Part shown: piece by piece, positions 19,806 to 29,790 of the stretch | Layout: every line of letters starts with the position of its first letter | How positions within the stretch are numbered: position 1 is the stretch's first letter | NCBI GenBank assembly: GCA_040830765.1 | Contig: JBFOMH010000005.1 | Location: 1 to 64,000 of the forward strand | Origin: Puniceicoccaceae bacterium | GTDB lineage: Bacteria; Verrucomicrobiota; Verrucomicrobiia; Opitutales; Oceanipulchritudinaceae | Length of the DNA stretch: 64,000 bases | Direction: 5' to 3' | Notes under the pieces: generated by a model | Told to the model about the DNA's origin: nothing | The model's database searches: none | What the model saw: only the letters and a program-made list of their open reading frames with translations | Position numbers and translations under genes: made by a program

Positions 19806-20831
19806 ATGCGCGCTATTCTCAAGGAGTCCGCTGGTCCGGGCCTGGTCATGCAGGACGTTCCCCAGCCGGAACCGGGTCCGGATGATGTTCTCATCCGGGT
19901 CCTCAAGACCTCAATATGCGGGACGGATGTGCATATCGATACATGGGACGCATGGGCCGCATCAACGATCGAGCCACCCCTGGTAATCGGGCACGAATTT
20001 GTCGGGGAAATTGTCGCCATGGGCGAGCATGTAAGCGGGCTCAAGATCGGGGAAATCGTTTCCGGCGAGGGTCATCTCGTTTGCGGCAAATGCCGCAATT
20101 GTCTCCGGGGTCGAATGCACCTTTGCCCGCATACCAAGGGCGTCGGGGTTAATCGGGCCGGTGCCTTCGCCGACTTCTTATGCCTGCCCAAAACGAATGT
20201 GTGGCCGGTCAATTCTTCCATCCCCCTACCCGTCGCAAGCTGTTTTGATCCCCTTGGAAACGCGGTCCACACGGCAACCTATTTCGATGTCCTTGGTGAG
20301 GATGTCCTCATCACCGGGGCCGGTCCCATTGGCTGCATGGCGGCGGCCATCTGCCGGCATGCCGGTGCCCGGAGTGTCGTGGTCACGGATGTCAATCCCT
20401 ACCGCCTCGAGCTGGCGCGGAAGATGGGCGCCACCGTGGCCCTCGATGTATCGAAGGATTCGCTACTGGAAACAGAAAAATTCCTCAGCATGAAGGAGGG
20501 TTTCGACGTCGGCCTGGAGATGAGTGGCAGCCCCAAGGCCTTGTCGCAGATGATCGATGTCATGTTCAGTGGTGGCCGCATCGCCCTACTGGGCATCCTT
20601 CCGCCCGATGCCTCCGTCGACTGGACGCGCATCATATTCAAGGGGCTCACCCTCAAGGGAATCTATGGCCGCAAGATGTACGAGACCTGGTACAAGATGA
20701 GTGTCTTGCTCCGTGGCGGCCTCGACATTACCCCAATCATCACCCACACCTTTCCCGCCGAGGACTTCCGCACTGCCTTCGACCTCATGCACAGCGGCCA
20801 GAGCGGCAAAGTTATCCTGGAGTGGAATTAA
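19806..20831 (+). CDS. tdh: L-threonine 3-dehydrogenase
   Basis: Motifs [36 protein letters not shown] and [10 protein letters not shown] are present. Confidence 0.95.
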   Translation: MRAILKESAGPGLVMQDVPQPEPGPDDVLIRVLKTSICGTDVHIDTWDAWAASTIEPPLVIGHEFVGEIVAMGEHVSGLKIGEIVSGEGHLVCGKCRNCLRGRMHLCPHTKGVGVNRAGAFADFLCLPKTNVWPVNSSIPLPVASCFDPLGNAVHTATYFDVLGEDVLITGAGPIGCMAAAICRHAGARSVVVTDVNPYRLELARKMGATVALDVSKDSLLETEKFLSMKEGFDVGLEMSGSPKALSQMIDVMFSGGRIALLGILPPDASVDWTRIIFKGLTLKGIYGRKMYETWYKMSVLLRGGLDITPIITHTFPAEDFRTAFDLMHSGQSGKVILEWN

Positions 20832-20844
20832 AATGGCAAAAGGC

Positions 20845-20930
20845 AGTCGGGCCTTTAGGAGTCGGGCCTTCAGGCCCGGTCACGACACAACCGGCGCTAA
20901 AGCGCCGACTCTTTTAAAGCGCCAACTCCC
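20845..20930. repeat. REPIN-like inverted REP pair (family B) with partial duplications
   Basis: GGAGTCGGGCCTTCAGGCCCGG (20858-20879) faces the inverted CCGGCGCTAAAGCGCCGACTC (20891-20911). Flanking partial copies are AGTCGGGCCTT and TAAAGCGCCAACTC. Confidence 0.75.
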
Positions 20931-22075
20931 TTGATCTGTGATGCGTTGACCAGCGTTCCCTTGCCGAACCGTGCATTGAGGGCATCGCTGATCCGGCATA
21001 CCTCGCGCTGCCGTGCCCGGCCCGGCTCAAACAGGTCACCCTGAATCCAGTCAGGGTAGAGATTGCTGAGCTGGACACGGACCTGGTTGAGCTGCACACG
21101 CCTTTGCCAGGCCCGTTTCATCAGCGGCCGGACATAAGGGAAAAAGACCGGCTCAAGGTTACTCGGGTCCGGCAGGCTGTGGCTGGCCTGGGCCACTTCC
21201 CGGTCCGTGTAGCGCAGGCCGATGGTCAGGGTCCGGGCGCATTGGCTCGATTTCCGCAGACGGCGCAGCTGCTCCACGAGGAGCGTCTTCAGTTCCCGCT
21301 CAACAAACGGTTCGCTCCCGCTCTCTCCGGAGAAGGTCTCCTGTCCCCCGAATGACTTCGCCGGCGGCGCGTCGGTGCTGACCGGTTCGTCATCCTCGCC
21401 CCGGGCCAGCTCGAGAAAGCCCTGCCCCTGCTTGCCAAGGATCGGATAAAGGATATCCGCCCCGGCCCGGACCAGGTCCCCGACGGTCTGCAGGCCGACC
21501 TGGCCCAGGCGGCGGGTCGCGACGGGACCCAGTCCCGGCAGATGATACAGGGGCAGCGGGGCCAGAAAGGCGGATTCGCTCCCTTCCGGGACAATCGTGA
21601 ACCCATGTGGCTTGTGCGCCTTGCCGGCAATCTGGGCCACCCGCTTGCGCGCCGCCATGCCACAGGAAACCGTAATCTTGAGCCAGCCGCAGACCTCCCG
21701 GTCAAAATCCCGCAATATCCGGATAGCCCGCTCCGGTCCACCCGATCGGCCCCGGAAGTCGATGTATCCCTCGTCAATGGAGGTCCGCTCCACATGCGGG
21801 GTCATGTCCTCGCACATGTCGAATAGCTGGTTACTGAAGCGTTCATAGAGCTCGAACTGCCCGCGCACCAGGGTCAGGCCCGGACACAGCTGGACCGCCT
21901 TGCGGGTTGGCATGGCACTGTGGATGCCAAAGACCCGGGCCTCGTAGCTGGCTGAGCAAACAACGCCCCGGGCACCCCCACCGACAGCTACCGGCCGGCA
22001 CCGCAGGCGGGGATCCGCGGCCTGCTCTACCGAGGCAAAGAACGCGTCGGCATCAAAATGGGCGATCGTACTCAT
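20897..22075 (-). CDS. dinB: DNA polymerase IV (Y-family)
   Basis: Motifs HFDADAFFASVEQ, SASYEAR.FGI.SAMP, SIDEGYID and LPGLGP, plus a C-terminal QGDLF clamp-binding motif. Confidence 0.92.
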   Translation of the reverse strand: MSTIAHFDADAFFASVEQAADPRLRCRPVAVGGGARGVVCSASYEARVFGIHSAMPTRKAVQLCPGLTLVRGQFELYERFSNQLFDMCEDMTPHVERTSIDEGYIDFRGRSGGPERAIRILRDFDREVCGWLKITVSCGMAARKRVAQIAGKAHKPHGFTIVPEGSESAFLAPLPLYHLPGLGPVATRRLGQVGLQTVGDLVRAGADILYPILGKQGQGFLELARGEDDEPVSTDAPPAKSFGGQETFSGESGSEPFVERELKTLLVEQLRRLRKSSQCARTLTIGLRYTDREVAQASHSLPDPSNLEPVFFPYVRPLMKRAWQRRVQLNQVRVQLSNLYPDWIQGDLFEPGRARQREVCRISDALNARFGKGTLVNASQIKGVGALKESAL

Positions 22076-22079
22076 GAAG

Positions 22080-22104
22080 TACTGTATATTTGTTCACTAT
22101 AATA
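22080..22104. promoter_or_regulatory. Putative LexA/SOS operator upstream of dinB
   Basis: TACTGTATATTTGTTCACTA matches the E. coli-type SOS consensus at 16/20. It overlaps TGTTC-acta-TAATA, which matches TGTTC-N4-GAACA at 8/10. Confidence 0.5.
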
Positions 22105-22230
22105 AACCGTGCAAGCGGTAATCGGTGCGGAGGAACAATTTAACCGTTAAGGCCGGAAAAGGATTGGCATGAAAAGGCAAGCCCTGCACTACTTTGTGCG
22201 AATAACTCCAAAAACACAGCAACCTACATA

Positions 22231-24222
22231 ATGACACAGATTGACATTCTGCAAAAAGCAGCGGCGCAGGCACGGGGCCTGGCCATCGACGCGGTACACA
22301 AGGCCGGTATCGGCCACCTGGGACTTCCCTTGGGATGTGCGGAAATGGGTGCGGCCCTTTTCAGCGAGGCCCTCTCCTTCAATCCGGATGAACCCCGCTG
22401 GATCAATCGCGACCGGTTCGTCCTCTCCGCCGGACACGGCAGCATGTTCATCTATGCCTGGCTGCACCTTTCCGGCCATGATCTCTCGATGGAGGACGTC
22501 AAGGCCTTCCGCCAACTCCATTCCAAGACACCCGGTCACCCGGAGTTTGGAGAAACGGACGGTGTCGAAAGCACCACTGGCCCGCTCGGACAGGGCGTCG
22601 GCAATGCCGTCGGGATGGCCCTTTCGCAGAAGCTGAGTGCGGAGAAATTCAACACCGCCGACCACACCATTTTCGACAGCCATGTCGTCTGTCTGGCCGG
22701 TGACGGCTGTTTCCAGGAAGGCGTTGCCATGGAAGCCAGTGCCCTTGCCGGGCACCTCGGTCTCGACAATCTCATCCTCATTCTCGACAGCAATGATGTC
22801 ACACTGGACGCCATGGCCGACGTGACCCAGAGCGAGGACACCGCCACCCGCTACACCGCCCTAGGTTATGATGTGACCACCATTGACGGCCATGACATTG
22901 CCGGCGTTGCCAGTGCCGTGGAAGCGGCCAAGGCTGCTGACAACGGCAAGCCGAAGCTGATCATCGCCAAGACGGAAATTGGTCGTGGCATCAAGGAAGT
23001 CGCTGGAACCAGCAAGGCTCACGGTGAAGGCGGAGCCAAGTTTGCCGATGAAGCCAGGGCCGGACTCGGGCTGCCGGCGGAGACATTCCATGTCAGTGAC
23101 GATGTCTACGCCCACTTTGCGGAAAAGAAGGCTGAAAAACTGGACCAGTACGCCGAATGGGAAGCCATCTACACCGCATGGAAGGCTGCCAATCCGGAGC
23201 TGGCCGGGCTGTTGGAAGATGCAGTTGCTGGCAAGCGCCCGAGTGCCGATGAATGCCTGGCCGCTATCCCGGAATTCGATCCGGAATCCAAACTCGCTAC
23301 CCGGGCCGCCGGAGGCAAGGTGATGCAGCCCCTGGCGGAAAAGCTACCCCTGATGGTCACGGGCTCAGCCGACCTTTTCGGATCCAACAAGAATTACATC
23401 AATGACGGGGGCGACCTCAGCAAGGACAACTACGCCGGACGCAACATCTGGTACGGGATCCGCGAACACGCCATGGGGGCGGTTTGCAACGGTATCGCCT
23501 ATGATGGCATCTGGATCACCTCCGGGGCCACCTTCCTCGTCTTCTCTGACTACTGCCGCCCGAGCCTGCGCCTTGCCGCACTGGCCAATCTCCCGGTCTT
23601 CCACATCTTCACCCACGATTCTGTCGGTGTTGGGGAGGACGGACCGACCCACCAGCCGGTTGAAACCACCAGTGCCCTGCGGACCATTCCCAATATGGAT
23701 GTCATTCGCCCAGGTGACCCGGAGGAAACAGCTGCCGCTTTCGCCATGGCCATCGCACGCAAGGACGGTCCGACCTCGCTTATCCTGACTCGTCAGGGAA
23801 TCCCGACACTGAGTGCAATTCCCGTTGCAACCCGCCGCCAGGGAACCCTCAAGGGTGCCTATGTCGCCCGCAAGGAAAGCGGTGACCTGAAGGTAATCCT
23901 TCTCGCCAGCGGCAGTGAGCTGCAACATGCGATGGTTGCCGCCGAAGAGCTCGGTGATGGCGTCCGTGTCGTCAGCATGCCCTCAATGGAGGTCTTTGAC
24001 CGCCAGGATGCCGCTTACCAGGAAGAGGTCCTTCCTTCCAGTTGCCGCACCCGTGTCGCCATTGAGGCCGGCGTCGGTGGGCTTTGGCACAAGTATACCG
24101 GACTGGACGGCAAAGTGGTCAGCATTGAGCGGTTCGGCCTCAGTGCTCCCGGCGGTCAGGTCATGAGCGAGCTGGGCATGGAACCTGCCTCCGTCGTGGA
24201 AGCGGTCAAGGGCCTTCTCTAA
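22231..24222 (+). CDS. tkt: Transketolase
   Basis: Motifs [37 protein letters not shown] and [16 protein letters not shown] are present. Confidence 0.97.
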   Translation: MTQIDILQKAAAQARGLAIDAVHKAGIGHLGLPLGCAEMGAALFSEALSFNPDEPRWINRDRFVLSAGHGSMFIYAWLHLSGHDLSMEDVKAFRQLHSKTPGHPEFGETDGVESTTGPLGQGVGNAVGMALSQKLSAEKFNTADHTIFDSHVVCLAGDGCFQEGVAMEASALAGHLGLDNLILILDSNDVTLDAMADVTQSEDTATRYTALGYDVTTIDGHDIAGVASAVEAAKAADNGKPKLIIAKTEIGRGIKEVAGTSKAHGEGGAKFADEARAGLGLPAETFHVSDDVYAHFAEKKAEKLDQYAEWEAIYTAWKAANPELAGLLEDAVAGKRPSADECLAAIPEFDPESKLATRAAGGKVMQPLAEKLPLMVTGSADLFGSNKNYINDGGDLSKDNYAGRNIWYGIREHAMGAVCNGIAYDGIWITSGATFLVFSDYCRPSLRLAALANLPVFHIFTHDSVGVGEDGPTHQPVETTSALRTIPNMDVIRPGDPEETAAAFAMAIARKDGPTSLILTRQGIPTLSAIPVATRRQGTLKGAYVARKESGDLKVILLASGSELQHAMVAAEELGDGVRVVSMPSMEVFDRQDAAYQEEVLPSSCRTRVAIEAGVGGLWHKYTGLDGKVVSIERFGLSAPGGQVMSELGMEPASVVEAVKGLL

Positions 24223-24256
24223 GCATCTTGGCCCGCGGGACGCGGACCCTCCACGT

Positions 24257-24309
24257 GTAGCGAGCGGGTTTATCCCGCGATTCTGTCGCGCCATAAAGGC
24301 GCTCGCTAC
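24257..24309. repeat. GTAG-type REP inverted pair (family C)
   Basis: GTAGCGAGCGGGTTTATCCCGCGA ... TCGCGCCATAAAGGCGCTCGCTAC lies between the convergent tkt and cysJ-like genes. Confidence 0.75.
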
Positions 24310-24319
24310 GGCTACCTAC

Positions 24320-25477
24320 TTAATAAACGTCCCGCTGGTAACGTCGTGCCTTCTTCAGTTCCTCGACGGCCTCCTCGGCATATTCCGGGGTCATGCCGCC
24401 GTGCTCGACGTGGATGTCGATGAGGGCCTGGTGGACATCCTTGGCCATCCGGTTGGCATCACCACAGACATAGAAATGGGCCCCTTCCTGAAGCCAGGCG
24501 TAAATCTCGGCGGCATTTTCCCGCATCCGGTCCTGGACGTAGATCTTGTAGTCCTGGTCACGGGAGAATGCGACATCCATGCGAGTGAGGATGCCGTCCT
24601 TGAGGTACTTCATCCATTCCAGCTGGTAAAGGAAGTCCGTATTGAAGTGTTGGTCCCCGAAGAAGAGCCAGTTCTTGCCCTTGGCACCGGTTGCCTGGCG
24701 TTCCTCGATGAAGGCACGGAATGGAGCAATTCCAGTACCCGGCCCGATCATGATCATCGGCACATCACCGTCCTCCGGCATTCCGAAATTCTTGTTGTGG
24801 TGCATGTAAACCGGCACCGTGGAGCCTTCCTCGACGCGTTGGCACAGATAGGTCGAGCATACCCCTTTGCGCTTGCGGCCCAAGAACTCGTATTCGACGG
24901 AACCAACCGTCAAGTGTACCTCTTCAGGATGGGCCTTGAGGCTCGAAGCAATTGAATAGAGCCGGGGCGGCATCTTTCTCAGGAGTTTAAGCAGGCGGGC
25001 GATGTCGAGGGCATGACTCGGTGGATACTCAATGAAGAAATCCCGCAGTTCCCGGCCCCAAAGCCAGTCATTGATGGCCTCCTTCTCGCTGCCCTCAATG
25101 AACGCGGTCAACTTGTCGTTTTCCGCCGCGGCGGCGTATTTCTTCAGGGATGCCAGGTTGACTGTGGTGATGTTATATTGCCGGGAAAGAACGTCCTTGA
25201 GTGGTTCTGACACCTCTCCGTTTTCCACCGGTTCGTCACCACTAAATCCCGTGGCCTTCAGGAAATCTTCGACAACTTCCGGGCAGTTGGTCGGAAAAAC
25301 ACCGGCCACATCACCCGGAACATATTCCAGTCCGGACCCAGCCAGTGACAATTCGAGGTGGCAGGTCTCCTTGGCTGAGCCCCGGCCATTCAGGTTAACC
25401 AGGGCCTTTACAGGCGCTGGAAAGGGATTTTTGACCCCGTATTTCACTTCTGGGACTGGTTTTGCTGTATCACTCAT
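24320..25477 (-). CDS. cysJ: Sulfite reductase flavoprotein-like FAD/NADPH module (no flavodoxin domain)
   Basis: Motifs PRLYSIASS, GVCSTYL, MIGPGTGIAPFR, AFSRDQ..KIYVQ, YVCGDA.RMAKDV and RYQRDVY are present. Confidence 0.85.
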   Translation of the reverse strand: MSDTAKPVPEVKYGVKNPFPAPVKALVNLNGRGSAKETCHLELSLAGSGLEYVPGDVAGVFPTNCPEVVEDFLKATGFSGDEPVENGEVSEPLKDVLSRQYNITTVNLASLKKYAAAAENDKLTAFIEGSEKEAINDWLWGRELRDFFIEYPPSHALDIARLLKLLRKMPPRLYSIASSLKAHPEEVHLTVGSVEYEFLGRKRKGVCSTYLCQRVEEGSTVPVYMHHNKNFGMPEDGDVPMIMIGPGTGIAPFRAFIEERQATGAKGKNWLFFGDQHFNTDFLYQLEWMKYLKDGILTRMDVAFSRDQDYKIYVQDRMRENAAEIYAWLQEGAHFYVCGDANRMAKDVHQALIDIHVEHGGMTPEYAEEAVEELKKARRYQRDVY

Positions 25478-25593
25478 GACGTTTTCTGAAAAACTGAACA
25501 ATCTGTGTTTAAAGCAGTATCCCAAGGGTTAAAGGAAAAAAGGCCTTCCCCTCCCCGCTTGACAAATGCAGGTCTCTTCTGGACGGTTTCTGC

Positions 25594-26064
25594 ATGGCCA
25601 AGATCCAACTCCAAACGAACCAAGGCGCAATAACGGTACAGCTCTTCACGGAGCATGCACCCAAGACAACCGAGAACTTCATCGGGCTTGTTGAAAAGGG
25701 CTACTATGACGGCATCATCTTCCATCGTGTCATTCCCCAGTTCATGATCCAAGGCGGCGACCCGACCGGGACCGGCATGGGTGGCGAATCCATCTGGGGC
25801 AAACCCTTCGAGGATGAGTGCACCCCCGAGTTGCGTTTCAGCAAGGAAGGATTGCTGGCCATGGCCAATGCCGGGCCCAATACCAATGGCAGCCAGTTTT
25901 TCATCACCACGGCACAAACCCCGTGGCTGGATGGCCGCCATACCATTTTCGGGGAAGTGGTCGAGGGCTACGAGGTGGTCCAGGCAATCGAGCAGACCCA
26001 GACCGCACGGGACGACCGGCCCATCAAGGATCAGGTCATCAACAAGGCGGTCCTGCTGGATTGA
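25594..26064 (+). CDS. Cyclophilin-type peptidyl-prolyl isomerase
   Basis: Motifs [32 protein letters not shown] and [10 protein letters not shown] are present. Confidence 0.95.
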   Translation: MAKIQLQTNQGAITVQLFTEHAPKTTENFIGLVEKGYYDGIIFHRVIPQFMIQGGDPTGTGMGGESIWGKPFEDECTPELRFSKEGLLAMANAGPNTNGSQFFITTAQTPWLDGRHTIFGEVVEGYEVVQAIEQTQTARDDRPIKDQVINKAVLLD

Positions 26065-26098
26065 ATTCTGGGTTTCCTCAGCGAAAGGAAACCCCCGC

Positions 26099-26941
26099 AT
26101 GCAAACGGAAGATATCCGGGTTAAGGTCCAGGTGGCGGGCTATGCTGCCTCCATGTCTCAACACAATTGCGGCGATCCGGCAGCACCAACCATCCTTGCC
26201 CTCCATGGGTTCAGTGGTTCTGGTAAGGATTTCGACCCGCTCAGGCTGGCCCTTGGCAGCACCGTCTCATGGATTTGCCCCGACTTCATGGGTCATGGGG
26301 AAAGCGAGGCTCCGGAAGTCCTGGATCCCTATCGGTTGCCAGCCGTCCTGAGCCTCATCGATCAAGCCCGCTCGATGGCCCATGATCCCGGAAATATCCT
26401 CCTTCTGGGATACTCCATGGGTGGACGCCTCGCCCTCCACTATCTCCGGTATGCCAAGGCCATGCCCGCCCTGCTCATCGGTGCCAGTCCAGGTCTGCAG
26501 GATGCCACTGAGCGGGCGCAGCGGAGGCAATCCGATCAGGAATGGATCAGGCGTCTGGACGTCTCGGTTGAACACTTCTGCAACGATTGGGAGATGCAGC
26601 CATTGATTGTTCCCCAGACATTGATTGAAGAGCCATTCCGTTCGCAACTGGCCTCCAGGCGCCGCGGCAATCGAAAGGTAGGTCTGCAGAATGCTCTTCT
26701 GGCCGGTGGCACAGGCGTCCTTCCCAGCCTCTGGCACCATCTCTCCGAGTTGCCATCGATTTCCCTGTGCCACGGATCGGAAGACGGCAAATTCCGGGAA
26801 ACCGCCAACAGGATGCAAGCTGCCCACGCAGGGTTCACGGTTCACGAATTACCCGATAGCGGTCATTCCCCGCATCTGGAGAATCCGAAAGCAATGGCTT
26901 CCTTGATCTCTGGAGAGCTTGATTCCCCGCTTTACCGTTGA
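26099..26941 (+). CDS. MenH-like alpha/beta hydrolase
   Basis: Motifs LHGFSG, GHGES, nucleophile GYSMGGR, GSEDGKF and GHSPHLENP. The start is uncertain (26099 or 26153). Confidence 0.78.
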   Translation: MQTEDIRVKVQVAGYAASMSQHNCGDPAAPTILALHGFSGSGKDFDPLRLALGSTVSWICPDFMGHGESEAPEVLDPYRLPAVLSLIDQARSMAHDPGNILLLGYSMGGRLALHYLRYAKAMPALLIGASPGLQDATERAQRRQSDQEWIRRLDVSVEHFCNDWEMQPLIVPQTLIEEPFRSQLASRRRGNRKVGLQNALLAGGTGVLPSLWHHLSELPSISLCHGSEDGKFRETANRMQAAHAGFTVHELPDSGHSPHLENPKAMASLISGELDSPLYR

Positions 26942-26971
26942 AAGTCAGGTATTTCGTGCCAAATTGATGGT

Positions 26972-28765
26972 ATGGACTGGGACCTAAGCAGTTATTTCAC
27001 AGAGTTTGGCAGCCCCTCCTATGAGGCTTACAAGAGGGAGTTGGAAGAGAATCTGACCGAATTGGGTCAACGGGCAGCAGAGTTGCTCAAGCAGGACCTT
27101 GTTTCCCTCAATGATTGGGAAACCCTGATCATGGATTACGAGCACCTGCTGGCGAACTTTTCACATTTGGGCAGCTACATTGGTTGTCTAGTATCCGCTG
27201 ACGCCAAAAACGATGCCTACACACGTGAGGAGTCGGCCTACGCCAACATTTCCGCCTCCATGAGCAAGTTGACTGACAAGGTCATCCAGGGCATGGGGTC
27301 CTTCGAGGAAAGTGCGTTCGAGGAGTTCCTCAAAAGGGACCGCTTATCGGATGCTGTGTTCCTACTTCGTGACTTTCGGCAGCAGGCCAAGAACCGGATG
27401 ACCAGTGAATTGGAAGAATTGGCTGCCGACCTTGGGGTCAACGGCATCTCGGCATGGAGCCGTCTCTATTTCACCACCATGGGCAATATCAGCTTCCAGT
27501 ATGTGGACCCTGAAGATGGACAGAAGTCTGTCCCCATGGCCCAGCTAAACAGCCTCCTCAGCAATCCCAACCGGGAACGCCGGATAGCAGCCTCCGAGGG
27601 CGCGGCAGCAACCTTCAGCGAGCACCAGCACACCTACGCCGCCGCCATTAACGCCATCTCGGGCACCCGCCATGCGCTCAACAAGCGCCGGGGCATCCAT
27701 GATTTCCTTGACCCCAGCCTGCGACAATCGCGCATCAGTCACACAACCCTTTCGGCCTTGATTTCGGCAATCGAGTATCAACTGCCCTTTGCCCGGGAAG
27801 TTTTCAAGTTCCGCACCCAGTGCCTCGGTATCAGTGATCCGGGCTATGTGGATCTCCGGGCTCCCCTCCCCCTCGGTGATGGCACCGGCCCCAACTGGGA
27901 TGATGGAGTCTCCCTTATATCGAGCGCCTTCAATTCCGTCTACCCGGCCCTGGGCAAGTTTTTCGATGAGATGATCGAGAAAAACTGGATCGACCACACC
28001 CCGCGTGAAGGCAAGCGCCCGGGTGGCTTTTGCACCGGTTCCCTTGCTACACGGGAGTCCCGCATCTTCATGACCTACAAGGACACCCTCAATGATGTCC
28101 TTACCCTGGCCCATGAAGCCGGCCATGCCTGGCATTCCCGAGTGCTCAAGGACCAGCGAATCCTTGCCGCACGATATCCGATGACCCTGGCGGAGTCTGC
28201 CTCAACCTTTGCCGAGCGCGTACTCACCGAAGGCATTCTCTCCAGCGATGAGTATGACAAGATGGTCAAGCTGATCCTATTGGATGCGGAAGTGGAACAC
28301 ATGTTGGCTTTCCTTCTTGATCTTCCGGTCCGCTTTCGCTTTGAGCAGGCGGTTTATGACCGGCGCGCCGGAGGAACATTATCCCCGACCGAGCTCTGTG
28401 AACTGATGTCGGAAATCCAGCACCTGGTGTTCGGCGACACGTTGGCCCCCGGGCGTGAGGACAAGTGGTTCTGGGCTTCCAAGCTGCACTTCTACATCGA
28501 GGGTGTTCAGTTTTACAACTATCCCTACACCTTTGGATATTTGCTCAGCACGGCTTACCTGAAGCGGTTCCGCGAAGGCCTCGACGGTGCCCTAAATACT
28601 TACGAGCGCTTTCTTTCCAGTTCCGGCAAGATGAGCTGTGAGGATGTGGTCAAGGAGACGCTTGGGGAAGACATAACCGACCCGAATTTCTGGTCCAACC
28701 TCATCGGTGAATTGCGTCATCCCTTCAGCCAGTACCAGGAGATGTTGCGGGACCTGAGTGAATGA
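26972..28765 (+). CDS. M3B oligoendopeptidase F
   Basis: Motifs MDWDLS, GKRPGGFC, LAHEAGHAWH, LAESASTF and FYNYPYTFGYL are present. Confidence 0.92.
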   Translation: MDWDLSSYFTEFGSPSYEAYKRELEENLTELGQRAAELLKQDLVSLNDWETLIMDYEHLLANFSHLGSYIGCLVSADAKNDAYTREESAYANISASMSKLTDKVIQGMGSFEESAFEEFLKRDRLSDAVFLLRDFRQQAKNRMTSELEELAADLGVNGISAWSRLYFTTMGNISFQYVDPEDGQKSVPMAQLNSLLSNPNRERRIAASEGAAATFSEHQHTYAAAINAISGTRHALNKRRGIHDFLDPSLRQSRISHTTLSALISAIEYQLPFAREVFKFRTQCLGISDPGYVDLRAPLPLGDGTGPNWDDGVSLISSAFNSVYPALGKFFDEMIEKNWIDHTPREGKRPGGFCTGSLATRESRIFMTYKDTLNDVLTLAHEAGHAWHSRVLKDQRILAARYPMTLAESASTFAERVLTEGILSSDEYDKMVKLILLDAEVEHMLAFLLDLPVRFRFEQAVYDRRAGGTLSPTELCELMSEIQHLVFGDTLAPGREDKWFWASKLHFYIEGVQFYNYPYTFGYLLSTAYLKRFREGLDGALNTYERFLSSSGKMSCEDVVKETLGEDITDPNFWSNLIGELRHPFSQYQEMLRDLSE

Positions 28766-29790
28766 GCCAATCCGGGAACAAATATTCCCCGGGACGTCTG
28801 CCGTGGTTTAGCCCGGACCGGTTCCCGCTTTACCTGGCCCCGATGGCCGGTTTTACGGACCGGGTCTTCCGTGAGCTCTGCAAGGAGCAGGGAGCAGATG
28901 TCATGGTCACGGAATTCGTCATGGCAAACAAGTTCCTCGATCCGCGCGGAGAGAAGGATGCCTGGGAGATTGTTGACTTTACTCCCCAGCAACGGCCCAT
29001 GGGAGTGCAGATCTTCGGGAGTGACCCGGAGAAAATGGCCGAGGCAGCCTCCCGCATCGCCGATCGGCTCCAGCCTGACTTTATCGATATCAACTACGGC
29101 TGCCCGGCACCGAAGGTGGTGGACAACCTTGCCGGCTCATCCCTGCTTCGGGATCCTTGCCGGTTGCAGGAAGTGGCGGAAACGATTGTCAGGCGCGTGA
29201 CAGACCGTCTGCCGGTAACGGCCAAAATCCGTATTGGCTGGGACGATACAAGTGTCAATGCGGTCGAAGTCTCCCGGCGCCTTGAGGATTCCGGCATCGA
29301 GGCCATTGCCGTACATGGACGTACCAAGGAACAGGGATATCGAGGGGATGCAGACTGGGATGTTATCCATGCGGTCGCGGATGCCGTGACGGTCCCGGTT
29401 GTCGGCAACGGCAGTATCCGGACAGCGGATGACGTCAACCGCATCAAGGCCGCGGGCAAGGTCAGTGGCCTAATGATTGGCCGTGCGGCCCTCGGTAATC
29501 CTTGGATCTTTCGTGAAATCAAGCATGCCGTGGACACGGGGGAAGCCTTACCGCCGCCCACCCTTGAGGAGCGTTGGGATACCATGGTCCGTTACTGCCG
29601 GGAATTGATGGACCATAAGCAGAAAGGAACCTGGAACCAGATCAACTGGATGCGCCCTCGCTTGAAGGCCTTTGCCAAAGGCTGGCCGGGATCCAAGGAC
29701 CTCCGCCGGGCACTGGAGACCGTCAAGACTGTCGAGGAACTGGAGGAATTGAGAACAGCAAACCTGAGCAAGGCGGCGGCCGGCGCCTAG
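28762..29790 (+). CDS. dusB: tRNA-dihydrouridine synthase (DusB-like)
   Basis: Motifs LAPMAG, IDINYGCP, KIRIGW, HGRT and GLMIGRAALGNPW are present. Confidence 0.9.
   Translation: MSQSGNKYSPGRLPWFSPDRFPLYLAPMAGFTDRVFRELCKEQGADVMVTEFVMANKFLDPRGEKDAWEIVDFTPQQRPMGVQIFGSDPEKMAEAASRIADRLQPDFIDINYGCPAPKVVDNLAGSSLLRDPCRLQEVAETIVRRVTDRLPVTAKIRIGWDDTSVNAVEVSRRLEDSGIEAIAVHGRTKEQGYRGDADWDVIHAVADAVTVPVVGNGSIRTADDVNRIKAAGKVSGLMIGRAALGNPWIFREIKHAVDTGEALPPPTLEERWDTMVRYCRELMDHKQKGTWNQINWMRPRLKAFAKGWPGSKDLRRALETVKTVEELEELRTANLSKAAAGA

Noticed and set aside
25781..26098. N-terminal extension of the MenH-like ORF
   Set aside because: It overlaps the cyclophilin gene in another frame; the hydrolase fold starts after 26099.
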